Shown: positions 50,221 to 60,303 of the stretch, one piece after another | Position numbering within the stretch: position 1 is the stretch's first letter | How the letters are laid out: each line of letters starts with the position of its first letter | The notes under the pieces: generated by a model | Told to the model about the DNA's origin: nothing | The model's input: the letters and a program-made list of their open reading frames with translations, nothing else | Database searches by the model: none | DNA from: Obrimoposthia wandeli | Taxonomy: Eukaryota | Assembly (NCBI GenBank): GCA_977020255.1 | Contig: CDROCS010005958.1 | Span: forward strand, 1-64,000 | DNA length: 64,000 nt | Direction of reading: 5' to 3' | Translations under genes and position numbers: made by a program

Positions 50221-50985
50221 ATGAAAGATCAACTAGAACAACAGCACGATGAAAGTATTCAACAGTGGTTTAATTCTGAGCTGGGTCAAGAGCTGCTAGA
50301 AGCTGAAAAAAGAGCGATCAATAGGCTATTACCTAACTTGTTCGGCTACTTTTTAGTTGAAATAGCCATAAGCCCGCAGATGAACTTAGCTGCCGACAGC
50401 TTAATTGGTCATAAAATTGTGACAAGTACTGAGCTGCAATTAGGTCTTAGTGACAAAGCTGTGTTGTGCGAGCCTACTGAGCTACCCTTTGAACACAACA
50501 GTGTCGATGTTGTGCTTTTACACCATTCTCTTGATTTCACCGACAACCCTCATCAAGTATTACGCGAAGCGATAAGAGTATTACGCCCCGGTGGATATTT
50601 GATTACAGTGGGCTTTAATCCTGCATCTTGGTGGGGTGTTAGAAAATTTTGTATGCGCCAGTTACAAGCGCCTTGGCAAACGGGTCAATTTATTTCTCAA
50701 AGACGTTTAGGTGATTGGATGAGCTTGTTAGGTTTATCACAGTTACGCACGTTAACTGATTATTATTTACCACCTTTTATGAGTAAAAAATGGCGCCACA
50801 AGTTTACTAAAATACAAGCGATTGGTCGGCGTTCAACACCAAAGAATGGCGCGTTTTCAATGACATTAGCGCGTAAAGATATTGAAGGCATCACCCCGAC
50901 TAAAAGAATCGTTTTTCCAAGAAAATTTTATACATTGCCGGTAAGAAAACCGGCAACAAGGGAGCAATTAAGTGAAAGAAGTTAA
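50221..50985 (+). CDS. Class I SAM-dependent methyltransferase-like protein (YafS-like)
   Basis: [19 protein letters not shown]...[11 protein letters not shown]; conserved position upstream of rnhA. Confidence 0.85.
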   Translation: MKDQLEQQHDESIQQWFNSELGQELLEAEKRAINRLLPNLFGYFLVEIAISPQMNLAADSLIGHKIVTSTELQLGLSDKAVLCEPTELPFEHNSVDVVLLHHSLDFTDNPHQVLREAIRVLRPGGYLITVGFNPASWWGVRKFCMRQLQAPWQTGQFISQRRLGDWMSLLGLSQLRTLTDYYLPPFMSKKWRHKFTKIQAIGRRSTPKNGAFSMTLARKDIEGITPTKRIVFPRKFYTLPVRKPATREQLSERS

Positions 50986-51406
50986 CATATTCACCGATGG
51001 AGCCTGCAAGGGGAACCCAGGACCAGGTGGATGGGGAGCAGTACTTTATTACGCGGAGATGAAAAAAGAAATTTTTGGCGGAGAAAAAGAAACAACCAAT
51101 AACCGCATGGAGCTAATGGCTGCTATTGAGTCTTTGGCAATTTTAAAACAACCTTGTAAAGTAACCTTAACCACTGATTCGCAATATGTACGCAAAGGTA
51201 TTAGTGAATGGATTATGGGTTGGAAGCGCAATGGCTGGAAAACGGCGGCTAAAAAACCCGTTAAAAATGCTGATTTATGGAAAATGCTAGATGAGCAGAG
51301 CCAGCAACATGAAATTAATTGGTGTTGGGTGAAAGGCCACAGTGGCCACCCTGATAACGAACTTGCGGACGATTTAGCTAATCGCGGTGCTGAGCAATAT
51401 AAATAA
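50972..51406 (+). CDS. rnhA: Ribonuclease HI
   Basis: [29 protein letters not shown] and [15 protein letters not shown]. Confidence 0.97.
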   Translation: MKEVNIFTDGACKGNPGPGGWGAVLYYAEMKKEIFGGEKETTNNRMELMAAIESLAILKQPCKVTLTTDSQYVRKGISEWIMGWKRNGWKTAAKKPVKNADLWKMLDEQSQQHEINWCWVKGHSGHPDNELADDLANRGAEQYK

Positions 51407-51481
51407 CTGAGAAGTAACAGTGCCCAGTAAGTTAGCGATTTTGTATAAAATAAACTAGTAACAAAAAGGTTAGACCTTAGT

Positions 51482-52186
51482 ATGCGACAAATTGTACTCG
51501 ATACAGAAACAACGGGCTTAGAGCCTTCTCAAGGGCACAATGTAATTGAAATAGGTTGCGTTGAGATGTTTAAGCGTCGCTTAACGGGCAATAATTACCA
51601 TCAATATATAAAACCTGATCGTGACTCTGATGAAGACGCTATTCGAATTCACGGAATAACCAATGAGTTTTTAGCGGATAAGCCAAAGTTTAGAGATATA
51701 ACAGCACAGTTTTTAGAATATGTACGCGGTGCAGAGTTAATTATCCACAACGCCCCTTTTGATGTTGGGTTCTTAAATGCTGAGTTAAAGCGCAATGGTT
51801 GCCATGAAAAAATCGAAGATATTTGCTCTATTGTAGATTCTTTGCAACTTGCTAGACGTAAGCATCCCGGGCAAAAGAATAACTTGGATGCACTTTGTCG
51901 CAGGTACACAATAGACAACTCTCATCGAGAATTGCACGGCGCCTTATTGGATTCCGAAATACTCGCCGATGTATACCTAATGATAACCGGTGGCCAAACC
52001 GATTTAATGTTAGCTGAAGAAGGTGAGAGCCTTGGAGCCGATGGCGGAATTGAAGTCAGAAAATTAGAAAATGTAAACACCAGCCTTAAAGTAATTAAAG
52101 CATCTGAATTAGAGCTTGCAGAGCACAGAGAGTTTGTTCAGCTATTAGAGAAAAAATCCGGTGGGCCCTGTCTTTATTCTCAATAA
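51482..52186 (+). CDS. dnaQ: DNA polymerase III epsilon subunit
   Basis: LDTETTG, IHNAPFDVGF and HGALLDSEILADVY (DEDDh). Confidence 0.97.
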   Translation: MRQIVLDTETTGLEPSQGHNVIEIGCVEMFKRRLTGNNYHQYIKPDRDSDEDAIRIHGITNEFLADKPKFRDITAQFLEYVRGAELIIHNAPFDVGFLNAELKRNGCHEKIEDICSIVDSLQLARRKHPGQKNNLDALCRRYTIDNSHRELHGALLDSEILADVYLMITGGQTDLMLAEEGESLGADGGIEVRKLENVNTSLKVIKASELELAEHREFVQLLEKKSGGPCLYSQ

Positions 52187-52345
52187 TAAAAAAGTATTTA
52201 CTCGCAATTGAACAAGGCTCTATTGGCAATAGCAGATGAGGCATTGTGCGCTAATACTTATACTCATGATTTTTAGCGCGTCATTGCCCTCTGTGCCAGA
52301 AGATAATTTACAAAAACCTACTGGTGAGTATTTGCAGGGTGAGTT

Positions 52346-52618
52346 TTAATCTTCTTGTCTTTTTTGTAAGTACAATAGAGAAATATCAATGGCGTCTTGT
52401 ACTTCTTTGCTCATTACTGCACGTTCTGAGTTACTTAAAAAAAATGCCATATCAATATCGTGTCGAATATAGCGAGCAGGAAGCCTGGTTAGAGACAAAC
52501 AGCATAAGTCGGCTATAAACTCTTGGTCGTATTTACGAATAAGGTCATTCATTTCTAGATGCTCTAGTACTAAATGTTCGTAGAAGTTGTGGATATCTAA
52601 ATCAAGTTTCATACGCAT
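52346..52618 (-). CDS. ComFB-family (late competence development) protein
   Basis: IHNFYEHLV...ADLCCLSLTRLPARYIRH pattern. Confidence 0.75.
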   Translation of the reverse strand: MRMKLDLDIHNFYEHLVLEHLEMNDLIRKYDQEFIADLCCLSLTRLPARYIRHDIDMAFFLSNSERAVMSKEVQDAIDISLLYLQKRQED

Positions 52619-52852
52619 CCTTTATAGTTTGGTTTACATGCTATATAAGCGCCATTTACAGCTTATATTATTCTAACGCTAAATAAGTGATCAAGATATA
52701 ATCACTTGCTACAAATTAAAAATAATAATTGTATTAAGCTTACCACTCGGCTTTTTTATGTGTTGATATCCCATATAACTTGAATTATATGTTGCAGTGA
52801 CTGCTTTGAAAAGAGGTAGGTATTTAGCGTAGTTGTGGCTTATATTAGTTAG

Positions 52853-52888
52853 TGCTCACCCAGAAACAGTTGCCTACTGTAGCTGCCC
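52853..52888 (+). mobile_element. Degenerate single end of the 8805..8961 element
   Basis: TGCTCACCCAGAAACAGTTGCCTACTGTAGCTGCCC matches the reverse complement of the element's right end (5 mismatches in 36 nt), preceded by the same TAGTTAG flank. Confidence 0.6.
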
Positions 52889-52946
52889 TGTTGTTGCACG
52901 AACACGAGTTATATATTCGGATAGTCACTGATAATGGGGGTAATTA

Positions 52947-53351
52947 ATGGCATTTGAAGACACGTATAGATTAAGTTGCCACGCTGTAATTTTAAACCCT
53001 AAAGGGCAAGTTTTACTTTTAAAATCAACTTACGGTGCAAAGTCTTGGGGTCTACCTGGCGGGTGTGTTGACCCTGGAGAGACCATTCACGTGGCCCTAT
53101 CAAGGGAGTGCATAGAAGAGCTAGGTTGTCATGTTGAAATTAAGTATTTAAGTGGCGTTTACTACCATCAAGCCTTCAACTCTCAAGTGTTTATATTTTC
53201 CTGTCAGATTGATTCTACAGCAATAATTAATTTATCAGATGAGCACAGTGATTATAAATATAGTGATATAGCGACGCTCTCAAAGGTACAAAAAATTAGA
53301 ATCAATGATTGTTTAAATTATGCGGGCTATGTCAATAGTGAAACTTTTTAG
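52947..53351 (+). CDS. Nudix hydrolase
   Basis: Intact Nudix box GGCVDPGETIHVALSRECIEELG. Confidence 0.88.
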   Translation: MAFEDTYRLSCHAVILNPKGQVLLLKSTYGAKSWGLPGGCVDPGETIHVALSRECIEELGCHVEIKYLSGVYYHQAFNSQVFIFSCQIDSTAIINLSDEHSDYKYSDIATLSKVQKIRINDCLNYAGYVNSETF

Positions 53352-53381
53352 TGCATCGCTGCTAAGCTAATGGAATAAAAT

Positions 53382-55376
53382 ATGAGTTTAACCACAAAAT
53401 TAAAAGATAATTTCGGTTTTGATTCTTTTCGATTAGGCCAACAAGAGACGATAGAATCTTTATTGTCAGGGAATTCTTCTTTGGCCGTTTTTCCCACCGG
53501 TTCAGGAAAATCCTTGTGCTATCAATTTGCGGCATCTGAGTTAGCGCATTTAACTCTGGTCGTATCTCCGTTACTCGCTTTAATAAAAGATCAACTTGCA
53601 TTTTTAGCAGCCAAAGGGATAGCAGCTGCGAGTATTGACTCTACATTAAATGCGCAGCAAAGCCAGCAAGTGATGGAGGACATACGCAGCGAGAAAATAA
53701 AAATATTAATGGTGTCGGTGGAGCGTTTTAAAAATGAGCGTTTTAGGGAATTTATCCGCACTATAAACCTGTCAATGTTAGTAGTAGATGAAGCACACTG
53801 TATATCCGAATGGGGGCATAATTTTAGGCCTGATTATCTAAAGATCCCCACATATCAACAACAATTAGGGATCCCCTTAGTCTTATTGCTAACAGCGACG
53901 GCAACACCTGCTGTAAAAAAAGATATGGCGCAAAAGTTTAATATTGAAAAGCAACATATTATTCAAACAGGCTTTTATCGCAGCAACTTAGATCTAAATG
54001 TAGAGTCAGTTAATAGTGAGACTAAAAATCGGCGACTGCTTGAAATTATTAAGCACAGAGCAATAGATTTTGACAGTTGCGGTATTGTCTACGTTACTTT
54101 ACAGAAAACAGCAGAACAAGTGGCGGCTTATTTAGCTGCATCGGGGCACAATGCAAGTGCTTACCATGCGGGCCTTGTCGATGATAAACGACAATTTATA
54201 CAACAGCAGTTTATGGATGGCCAAATAGATGTCGTGGTTGCTACCATTGCATTTGGGATGGGGATTGATAAAAGTAATATCCGATTTGTGATTCATTATG
54301 ACTTACCAAAGTCGATAGAAAATTATTCACAGGAAATAGGGAGGGCAGGTCGAGACGGTAAAGCGGCTTTTTGCTTTACGTTAGCTAACTTGGACAGCTT
54401 AAATACTCTAGAAAATTTTGTTTATGCCCAATCACCGCAACAAAGCTCAATAGATTGTGTGATTAATGAGGTGCGCGATAACGTATTAAACCAGCAATGG
54501 GAAATGCAGCTATATAGTTTATCTAATCAGAGTAATATTCGCCAATTAACACTTAAAACTTTAATAGTCCAACTGGAGTTGATGGGGGTGTTAACGGCTA
54601 AGTATAGCTACTTTGCAGAATTTAAAATAAAGCTGCTATCTTCTCAAAGCCAAATCTTGAATCAATTTAACGCATCTCGTCAGCAGTTTTTACAGCAGAT
54701 TTTTGATTTTATAGAATTTAAAAGAGTGTGGGGTGTTTTAAAGTTTCCAGAATTATTAAATACATATCAAATAGATCGAGCTAAGGTGATTGCGGCCTTA
54801 GAATATTTAGCCGGCAAGCAACTTATTGAACTGCAAGCCTCTCAAATGACAGAAGTTTATAGTGTAAATGTTGAACTATTGAATCAACCTAATTTAAGTT
54901 TCGATCTTTATCAGTATTTTAAGGCCACAGAAGGTAAGGAAATTGCAAGGATTGCTAAATTAATTAGCTTCTTTGAAAATGATAGCTGTTTAACTTATAA
55001 CTTGGCTCATTATTTTGATGATAGAAAAATAATCGAAAAGGGCTTCACTCATAAACTCAATAGTAGCTTTGGCTTACAGCAATGCGGCCATTGTCATGTA
55101 TGTCGTGGGAAAGTAGTAAAACTCTCTTTAAGTAAAGACCCGGTATGGCCTGAGTATCAAGAGATAGAGCGTAGTTTTCATCAGTTGAGTAATGCGCTGA
55201 AGCAGCATCAAGCGCAAGCGTTATCTCGTGAGTTATTTTGTCGTTTTTTATCAGGTATAACACTGCCATTATTTACTAAAATAAAGGCCAGAAAAATAAT
55301 AGGTTTTGCGAGTTGCGAACAACTACGATATCAAGATATTAAAGATAAAACTGCTTCGCTGTTTAAAAGCATTTAA
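53382..55376 (+). CDS. RecQ family ATP-dependent DNA helicase (no HRDC domain evident)
   Basis: PTGSGKSLCYQ, VVDEAHCISEWGHNFRPDY, TATA, QEIGRAGRDG and the CGHCHVC zinc motif. Confidence 0.92.
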   Translation: MSLTTKLKDNFGFDSFRLGQQETIESLLSGNSSLAVFPTGSGKSLCYQFAASELAHLTLVVSPLLALIKDQLAFLAAKGIAAASIDSTLNAQQSQQVMEDIRSEKIKILMVSVERFKNERFREFIRTINLSMLVVDEAHCISEWGHNFRPDYLKIPTYQQQLGIPLVLLLTATATPAVKKDMAQKFNIEKQHIIQTGFYRSNLDLNVESVNSETKNRRLLEIIKHRAIDFDSCGIVYVTLQKTAEQVAAYLAASGHNASAYHAGLVDDKRQFIQQQFMDGQIDVVVATIAFGMGIDKSNIRFVIHYDLPKSIENYSQEIGRAGRDGKAAFCFTLANLDSLNTLENFVYAQSPQQSSIDCVINEVRDNVLNQQWEMQLYSLSNQSNIRQLTLKTLIVQLELMGVLTAKYSYFAEFKIKLLSSQSQILNQFNASRQQFLQQIFDFIEFKRVWGVLKFPELLNTYQIDRAKVIAALEYLAGKQLIELQASQMTEVYSVNVELLNQPNLSFDLYQYFKATEGKEIARIAKLISFFENDSCLTYNLAHYFDDRKIIEKGFTHKLNSSFGLQQCGHCHVCRGKVVKLSLSKDPVWPEYQEIERSFHQLSNALKQHQAQALSRELFCRFLSGITLPLFTKIKARKIIGFASCEQLRYQDIKDKTASLFKSI

Positions 55377-55443
55377 ATAACTGATTGTCATTGGAATGAA
55401 GTGAATAGAATACTGTATGGACATCAGATTTTTTTAAGATTAT

Positions 55444-55480
55444 CCATACAATCATTAGATAGTGTATGGCTATTTTTTTT
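55444..55480 (+). terminator. Intrinsic terminator after the recQ-like gene
   Basis: CCATACA-N12-TGTATGG followed by CTA and a T8 run. Confidence 0.55.
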
Positions 55481-55891
55481 GCGATTATTATCCTAGATTC
55501 AGCAGTTGACCGCTCTAGGTGTGAGCCAAGTTATTATTACCTGTCAGCTTTAGCGAAATAATAGCATTAACTTATTAAGTGAACACCCTACATTACACTA
55601 GACTAACTAAATCAGAATTAAGATAGACTCTATTAAAGACTTTGTGTGGGCTAACTCCCTCTTATTAAAGCGGTACAATAACGAAGTCCAAAATGTTACC
55701 TGCAAAGAAGTTCAGTAAAAGCTTATCTTTAAGCCCCAAGTAAATAAATTTCTTAATTGAGATGAAATCATTAATGGATGTATCATCCGCTACTACAGTG
55801 TGAGATATTATGTTCATTGATATACACCTAATAGAACATATCTAAACAGATTAGTTAAGAGTTTATAGCCCGCTAAATTCAAAGGATATTT

Positions 55892-57037
55892 ATGAAAAAA
55901 CACATAGTTTTAGGTCTTGGTATGCTGCTTCATACACAGCTACTTTTTTCTGCTCAAGCGCAGCCTAAAGCCCCTGAAATACCAGTAATGGTTGTAGAAG
56001 TTGCTGGTGAGTCTGAAATTGTCTCTCAGGATTTACCCGGTAGGGTGTCGGCGTATCGTACGGCACAAGTTAGGGCGAGAGTGACCGGTATTATAGAGAA
56101 ACGTGTTTTTGAGGAAGGCTCAAACGTTGCTGCGGGCCAAGTGCTTTTTCAAATTGAGTCGAGAAGCCTAAAAGCGACTGTGCGTGCCAGAAAAGCAGAT
56201 GTTGCAAACGCAGTAGCAGCTTATAATCTATCTAAGCAAACGTTAAAGCGTTATAAAAAATTATTAACACTAGGTGCGGTTAGTCGCCAAGAATACGACA
56301 GCAATCGTGCGCAAAATCAGCAATCTAGAGCACAAGTTGAACAAGCTCGAGCTAATTTAGAAATTGCAGATATTAATTTAAAATATGCCACTGTTAATGC
56401 GCCTATTTCAGGGCGTATCGATAAAGCTTTGGTAACAGAGGGGGCTCTAACAACAGCTGACTCCACTCAACTGGCGACAATAGAGCAAATTGATAAAGTG
56501 TATATCGATTTCTCTCGATCAAGTGCAGATGTGATTCGTATCAGGCAAGCAACTTCTGCTGGGCAATTAACTGATACAACCAATAAAAACATTGAAATTT
56601 TATTTGCTGATGGCTCTGCCTACGATAAAAAAGGGCACTTAGAGTTCTCCTCTATGACGGTTGATCAAGCAACAGGTGCTATATCGTTGCGTGCAGTGGT
56701 TGATAACCCAAATAACTCTTTGTTACCGGGTATGTTTGTCCGGGTAAAAGTGCCTGTTGCTACGACTAACAACACGATTAAAATTCCGCAAAAAGCAGTC
56801 AACATAACCGGCCAAGGTGCACAAGTTTTTGTAATCCAAGGTAAAAAAATGGTTCCTGTTAGTGTACAGCTAGGACCTATGAAAGGTGACAGCTGGTTTG
56901 TAAAAGCGGGATTAAATAATGGCGATAGAGTGGTCATTAGCGATACAAGTATAGTGAAAACGATACCAGGTGCGACTTTTATTGGTATGACAGCTCAACA
57001 GATGAAAGCTGCAGGTGTGAGTGAAAAGAAAAAGTAA
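55892..57037 (+). CDS. RND efflux membrane fusion protein (AcrA/MexA family)
   Basis: LPGRVSAYRTAQVRARVTGII, APISGRI and LLPGMFVR. Confidence 0.92.
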   Translation: MKKHIVLGLGMLLHTQLLFSAQAQPKAPEIPVMVVEVAGESEIVSQDLPGRVSAYRTAQVRARVTGIIEKRVFEEGSNVAAGQVLFQIESRSLKATVRARKADVANAVAAYNLSKQTLKRYKKLLTLGAVSRQEYDSNRAQNQQSRAQVEQARANLEIADINLKYATVNAPISGRIDKALVTEGALTTADSTQLATIEQIDKVYIDFSRSSADVIRIRQATSAGQLTDTTNKNIEILFADGSAYDKKGHLEFSSMTVDQATGAISLRAVVDNPNNSLLPGMFVRVKVPVATTNNTIKIPQKAVNITGQGAQVFVIQGKKMVPVSVQLGPMKGDSWFVKAGLNNGDRVVISDTSIVKTIPGATFIGMTAQQMKAAGVSEKKK

Positions 57038-57129
57038 TTATTAAGGGTGAATTCCCCTCTGAAGGCAACCTTAAGCGAGAGGCTTCTGCGGGGATCTTTA
57101 TTAGCACATATCTAATTTAAGAGAATACT

Positions 57130-60100
57130 ATGCCACAGTTTTTTATAGATCGCCCTAAATTCGCCTGGGTTGTTGCTATATTGATAATCCTTGCTGGATA
57201 TTTATCATATACGCAGCTGCCTGTATCAGCTTATCCAAGTATAGCTCCGCCTCAAGTAACTATTTCAGCGGTTTATCCCGGTGCTTCAGCTAAAACGATT
57301 GAAGATACAGTGACCTCTGTAATAGAAGATGAGATGAATGGTATTGATGGTCTTAAATACATCTCGTCTGATTCTTCACGTGCAGGTACGGCTACCATTA
57401 CTTTGACCTTTGAAACGGGCACAGATACCAATATAGCTGGGGTTGATGTACAAAATCGTTTAAAAAGAGTAGAGGCAAGTTTGCCCTCATCTGTTAATCA
57501 ACAAGGGGTGAAAATAGATAAAACTCGCCCTGATTTTTTAATGATTATTGCATTGTACTCACCAAAGGGCACTTTTAACTCAACGGATTTAGGTGACTAC
57601 ATTGATGCTAATTTACTGGGCGAGGTGCGCCGAGTACCCGGTGTAGGCTCAGCAGATTTATTTGGATCTAAGTATGCCATGCGTATTTGGTTAGATCCTA
57701 AGAAAATGACCTCATTTAGTATTACCCCTGATGAAATAGTCAGTGCTATTCGCAACCAGAATGCGCAATTGGCAACGGGTGAGCTCGGTGCACTTCCGGC
57801 GCCTGCAAATCAACAGCTAAATGCAACGGTATTAGTGCCATCAAGACTGGCAACGGTTACTGAGTTTGGCAGTATTATTTTACGCTCCTCTTCTCAAGGT
57901 GCGATCGTTAGGCTTAAAGATGTCGCCCGTATAGAGCGTGGCGCTCAAAGTTATGGGACTCAAGTATTACTTAACGGTAATCCAAGTGCTGCATTTGCAA
58001 CGAAGTTATCAAATTCTGGTAATGCATTGGTGACGGCGCAAGCTATAAAAGCAAAAATGGATGAGCTTGAGCAGTTTTTCCCTGAAGATATGGCTTGGAT
58101 GTCTCCGTACGACACTTCACTATTTGTTGAAGTCTCGATTGCCGAAGTACAAGAAACGTTATTGATAGCGATAGCACTTGTTACGGCTGTAATGTTCATA
58201 TTTTTACAAAACTGGCGCACCACTGTCATCCCGTTAATTGTAGTACCCATTTCATTAATCGGTACCGCAATAGGTATGTATTTATTTGGTTTCTCGCTGA
58301 ATATGCTGACTATGTTTGGGCTTGTTTTAGCGATAGGTATTGTGGTTGATGATGCAATACTGGTGGTTGAGAATATTCAACGAATAATGGAAGAGGAAGG
58401 TTTAGACCCTTATCAGGCGACTAAAAAGTCAATGCGCCAAATTACCGGAGCCATCATAGGTACAACTGCGGTGTTAGTTGCAGTGTTTGTTCCAATGGCG
58501 TTTATTAGCGGGTCTGTCGGTTTAATTTATCAACAGTTTTCAATGACAATCATTGTATCTGTGGTTATCTCTTCTTTCTTAGCGTTATCATTAACTCCCG
58601 CGATGGCGCAGGGACTACTAAAAGCAAAGAATAAAAACCCAGGGCCTATAATCAAATTCTTGAGCGCACCAGCCAATCTGTTTAATAAATTATTTTCAGG
58701 TTTAACTAGGGGCTATTTGTTTATAGTTAAATTAATGCTCTCTGGAATAGGCATTATTGTATCGTTGGTTATTTTTGCAGCGATAGGTGTCTTTGATTAT
58801 CAACAGCTTAATAGTTTGCCAAAAGGCTTTGTTCCCTCTGAAGATCAGGGCTTTATTGTAACGGGTGCTTTATTACCATCAGGTGCTACTCAAGAGAGAA
58901 CCAGAGCATTAGCACTTAAAACGGATGCTTGGTTAACAGCGCAACCTGAAGTAAAAAGCGTTATTACAGTATTAGGTTTTGGTTTTCTCGGTTCGGGACA
59001 AAATACATCCATTACCTTTGCTAGTTTACATCCTTGGGCAGAGCGTACCGAAAAAGGACAGCGCGACGCAGATACTCTAGTAGAAGTTGCTGGTGGCGTC
59101 TATAAGCGCTTTATAGGCGACGGTATAGTTTTTGCTTTCAATATGCCTCCAATACCAGGGCTGGGCAATGACAGTGGATTCGATTTTAGATTGCAAGATC
59201 GCAGTGGTAAAAACGAGCCCGGTGTTTTAATGCAAGCAGCTTTCCAAATGATGGGTATGGCAGGAGAGCACTCGGATAAAATAGTTGGTTTGCGTCCAAA
59301 CTCACTTCCTCCAGCTCCTCAATTGAAAATTGATGTCGATAGAGTAAAAGCACGCTCTTTAGATGTTGATTTAGCATCACTAAACTCCACCTTGCAAGTC
59401 GCTTTGGGCTCAGCCTATGTCAATGACTATATTGATAACGGTAAAGTGCACCAGGTTTGGGTGCAAGCAGATAAAGATGCGAGATCTAATGTAGAGGGGA
59501 TAATGGCACTGCAAGTTCGAAATACGTCAGGAGGGCTAGTTGATCTTAAAGAAATCGCCAACGCAACGTGGATACAAGGCCCCGCTAAACTGAGTCGTTA
59601 TAATGGTATGCCGTCTATTCCGTTAAGTGGTGGTCCAGCACCTGGAGTCAGTAGTGGTACTGCGATGGCAACTATGGAGTTACTCGCATCTAAACTGCCA
59701 CCAGGTATCAGCTACGAGTGGTCTGGGCAGTCATTAGAAGAAAAAATTTCTGGTGGACAAGCGACCTTTGTTTTTGCACTGTCGATTGTCATGGTTTTTT
59801 TGGTTCTGGTCGCTTTATATGAAAGTTGGGCGGTGCCATTATCGGTCATGCTGGTTGTACCTTTAGGCGTGTTAGGCTGTGTCTTAGCGGTTAGCATGCA
59901 AGGCTTGACGAATGATGTGTATTTTACTGTAGGTATCATCACTATTATTGGTCTTTCTACTAAAAACGCCATTGTAATAGTTGAGTTCGCAAGAGACTTA
60001 CAGCATGAAGGATACAATGCATATGACGCCGTTATGGAGGCTTGTAAACTGCGTTTTCGTCCAATATTAATGACCTCGTTTGCCTTTGTTTTAGGGGTTA

Positions 60101-60303
60101 TCCCGCTAGTACTTGCAACCGGTGCAGGCTCTGCTAGTCGCAGGGCAATTGGCACGGGTGTGTTTGGTGGCATGTTATCAGCCACTGTTTTAGCTGTTTT
60201 ATTTGTACCTGTATTTTATTTGGTTGTAAGAAAAGTCTTCCCACCAAAACAATCAAAAGCTGAATTAGAAAGACAAGCGATAGCTGATCAGGAGAATGTA
60301 TAA
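57130..60303 (+). CDS. HAE1-family RND efflux permease (AcrB/MexB family)
   Basis: MPQFFIDRPKFAWV, GIVVDDAILVVENI, KNAIVIVEFA and RFRPILMTS; 1057 aa. Confidence 0.95.
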   Translation: MPQFFIDRPKFAWVVAILIILAGYLSYTQLPVSAYPSIAPPQVTISAVYPGASAKTIEDTVTSVIEDEMNGIDGLKYISSDSSRAGTATITLTFETGTDTNIAGVDVQNRLKRVEASLPSSVNQQGVKIDKTRPDFLMIIALYSPKGTFNSTDLGDYIDANLLGEVRRVPGVGSADLFGSKYAMRIWLDPKKMTSFSITPDEIVSAIRNQNAQLATGELGALPAPANQQLNATVLVPSRLATVTEFGSIILRSSSQGAIVRLKDVARIERGAQSYGTQVLLNGNPSAAFATKLSNSGNALVTAQAIKAKMDELEQFFPEDMAWMSPYDTSLFVEVSIAEVQETLLIAIALVTAVMFIFLQNWRTTVIPLIVVPISLIGTAIGMYLFGFSLNMLTMFGLVLAIGIVVDDAILVVENIQRIMEEEGLDPYQATKKSMRQITGAIIGTTAVLVAVFVPMAFISGSVGLIYQQFSMTIIVSVVISSFLALSLTPAMAQGLLKAKNKNPGPIIKFLSAPANLFNKLFSGLTRGYLFIVKLMLSGIGIIVSLVIFAAIGVFDYQQLNSLPKGFVPSEDQGFIVTGALLPSGATQERTRALALKTDAWLTAQPEVKSVITVLGFGFLGSGQNTSITFASLHPWAERTEKGQRDADTLVEVAGGVYKRFIGDGIVFAFNMPPIPGLGNDSGFDFRLQDRSGKNEPGVLMQAAFQMMGMAGEHSDKIVGLRPNSLPPAPQLKIDVDRVKARSLDVDLASLNSTLQVALGSAYVNDYIDNGKVHQVWVQADKDARSNVEGIMALQVRNTSGGLVDLKEIANATWIQGPAKLSRYNGMPSIPLSGGPAPGVSSGTAMATMELLASKLPPGISYEWSGQSLEEKISGGQATFVFALSIVMVFLVLVALYESWAVPLSVMLVVPLGVLGCVLAVSMQGLTNDVYFTVGIITIIGLSTKNAIVIVEFARDLQHEGYNAYDAVMEACKLRFRPILMTSFAFVLGVIPLVLATGAGSASRRAIGTGVFGGMLSATVLAVLFVPVFYLVVRKVFPPKQSKAELERQAIADQENV

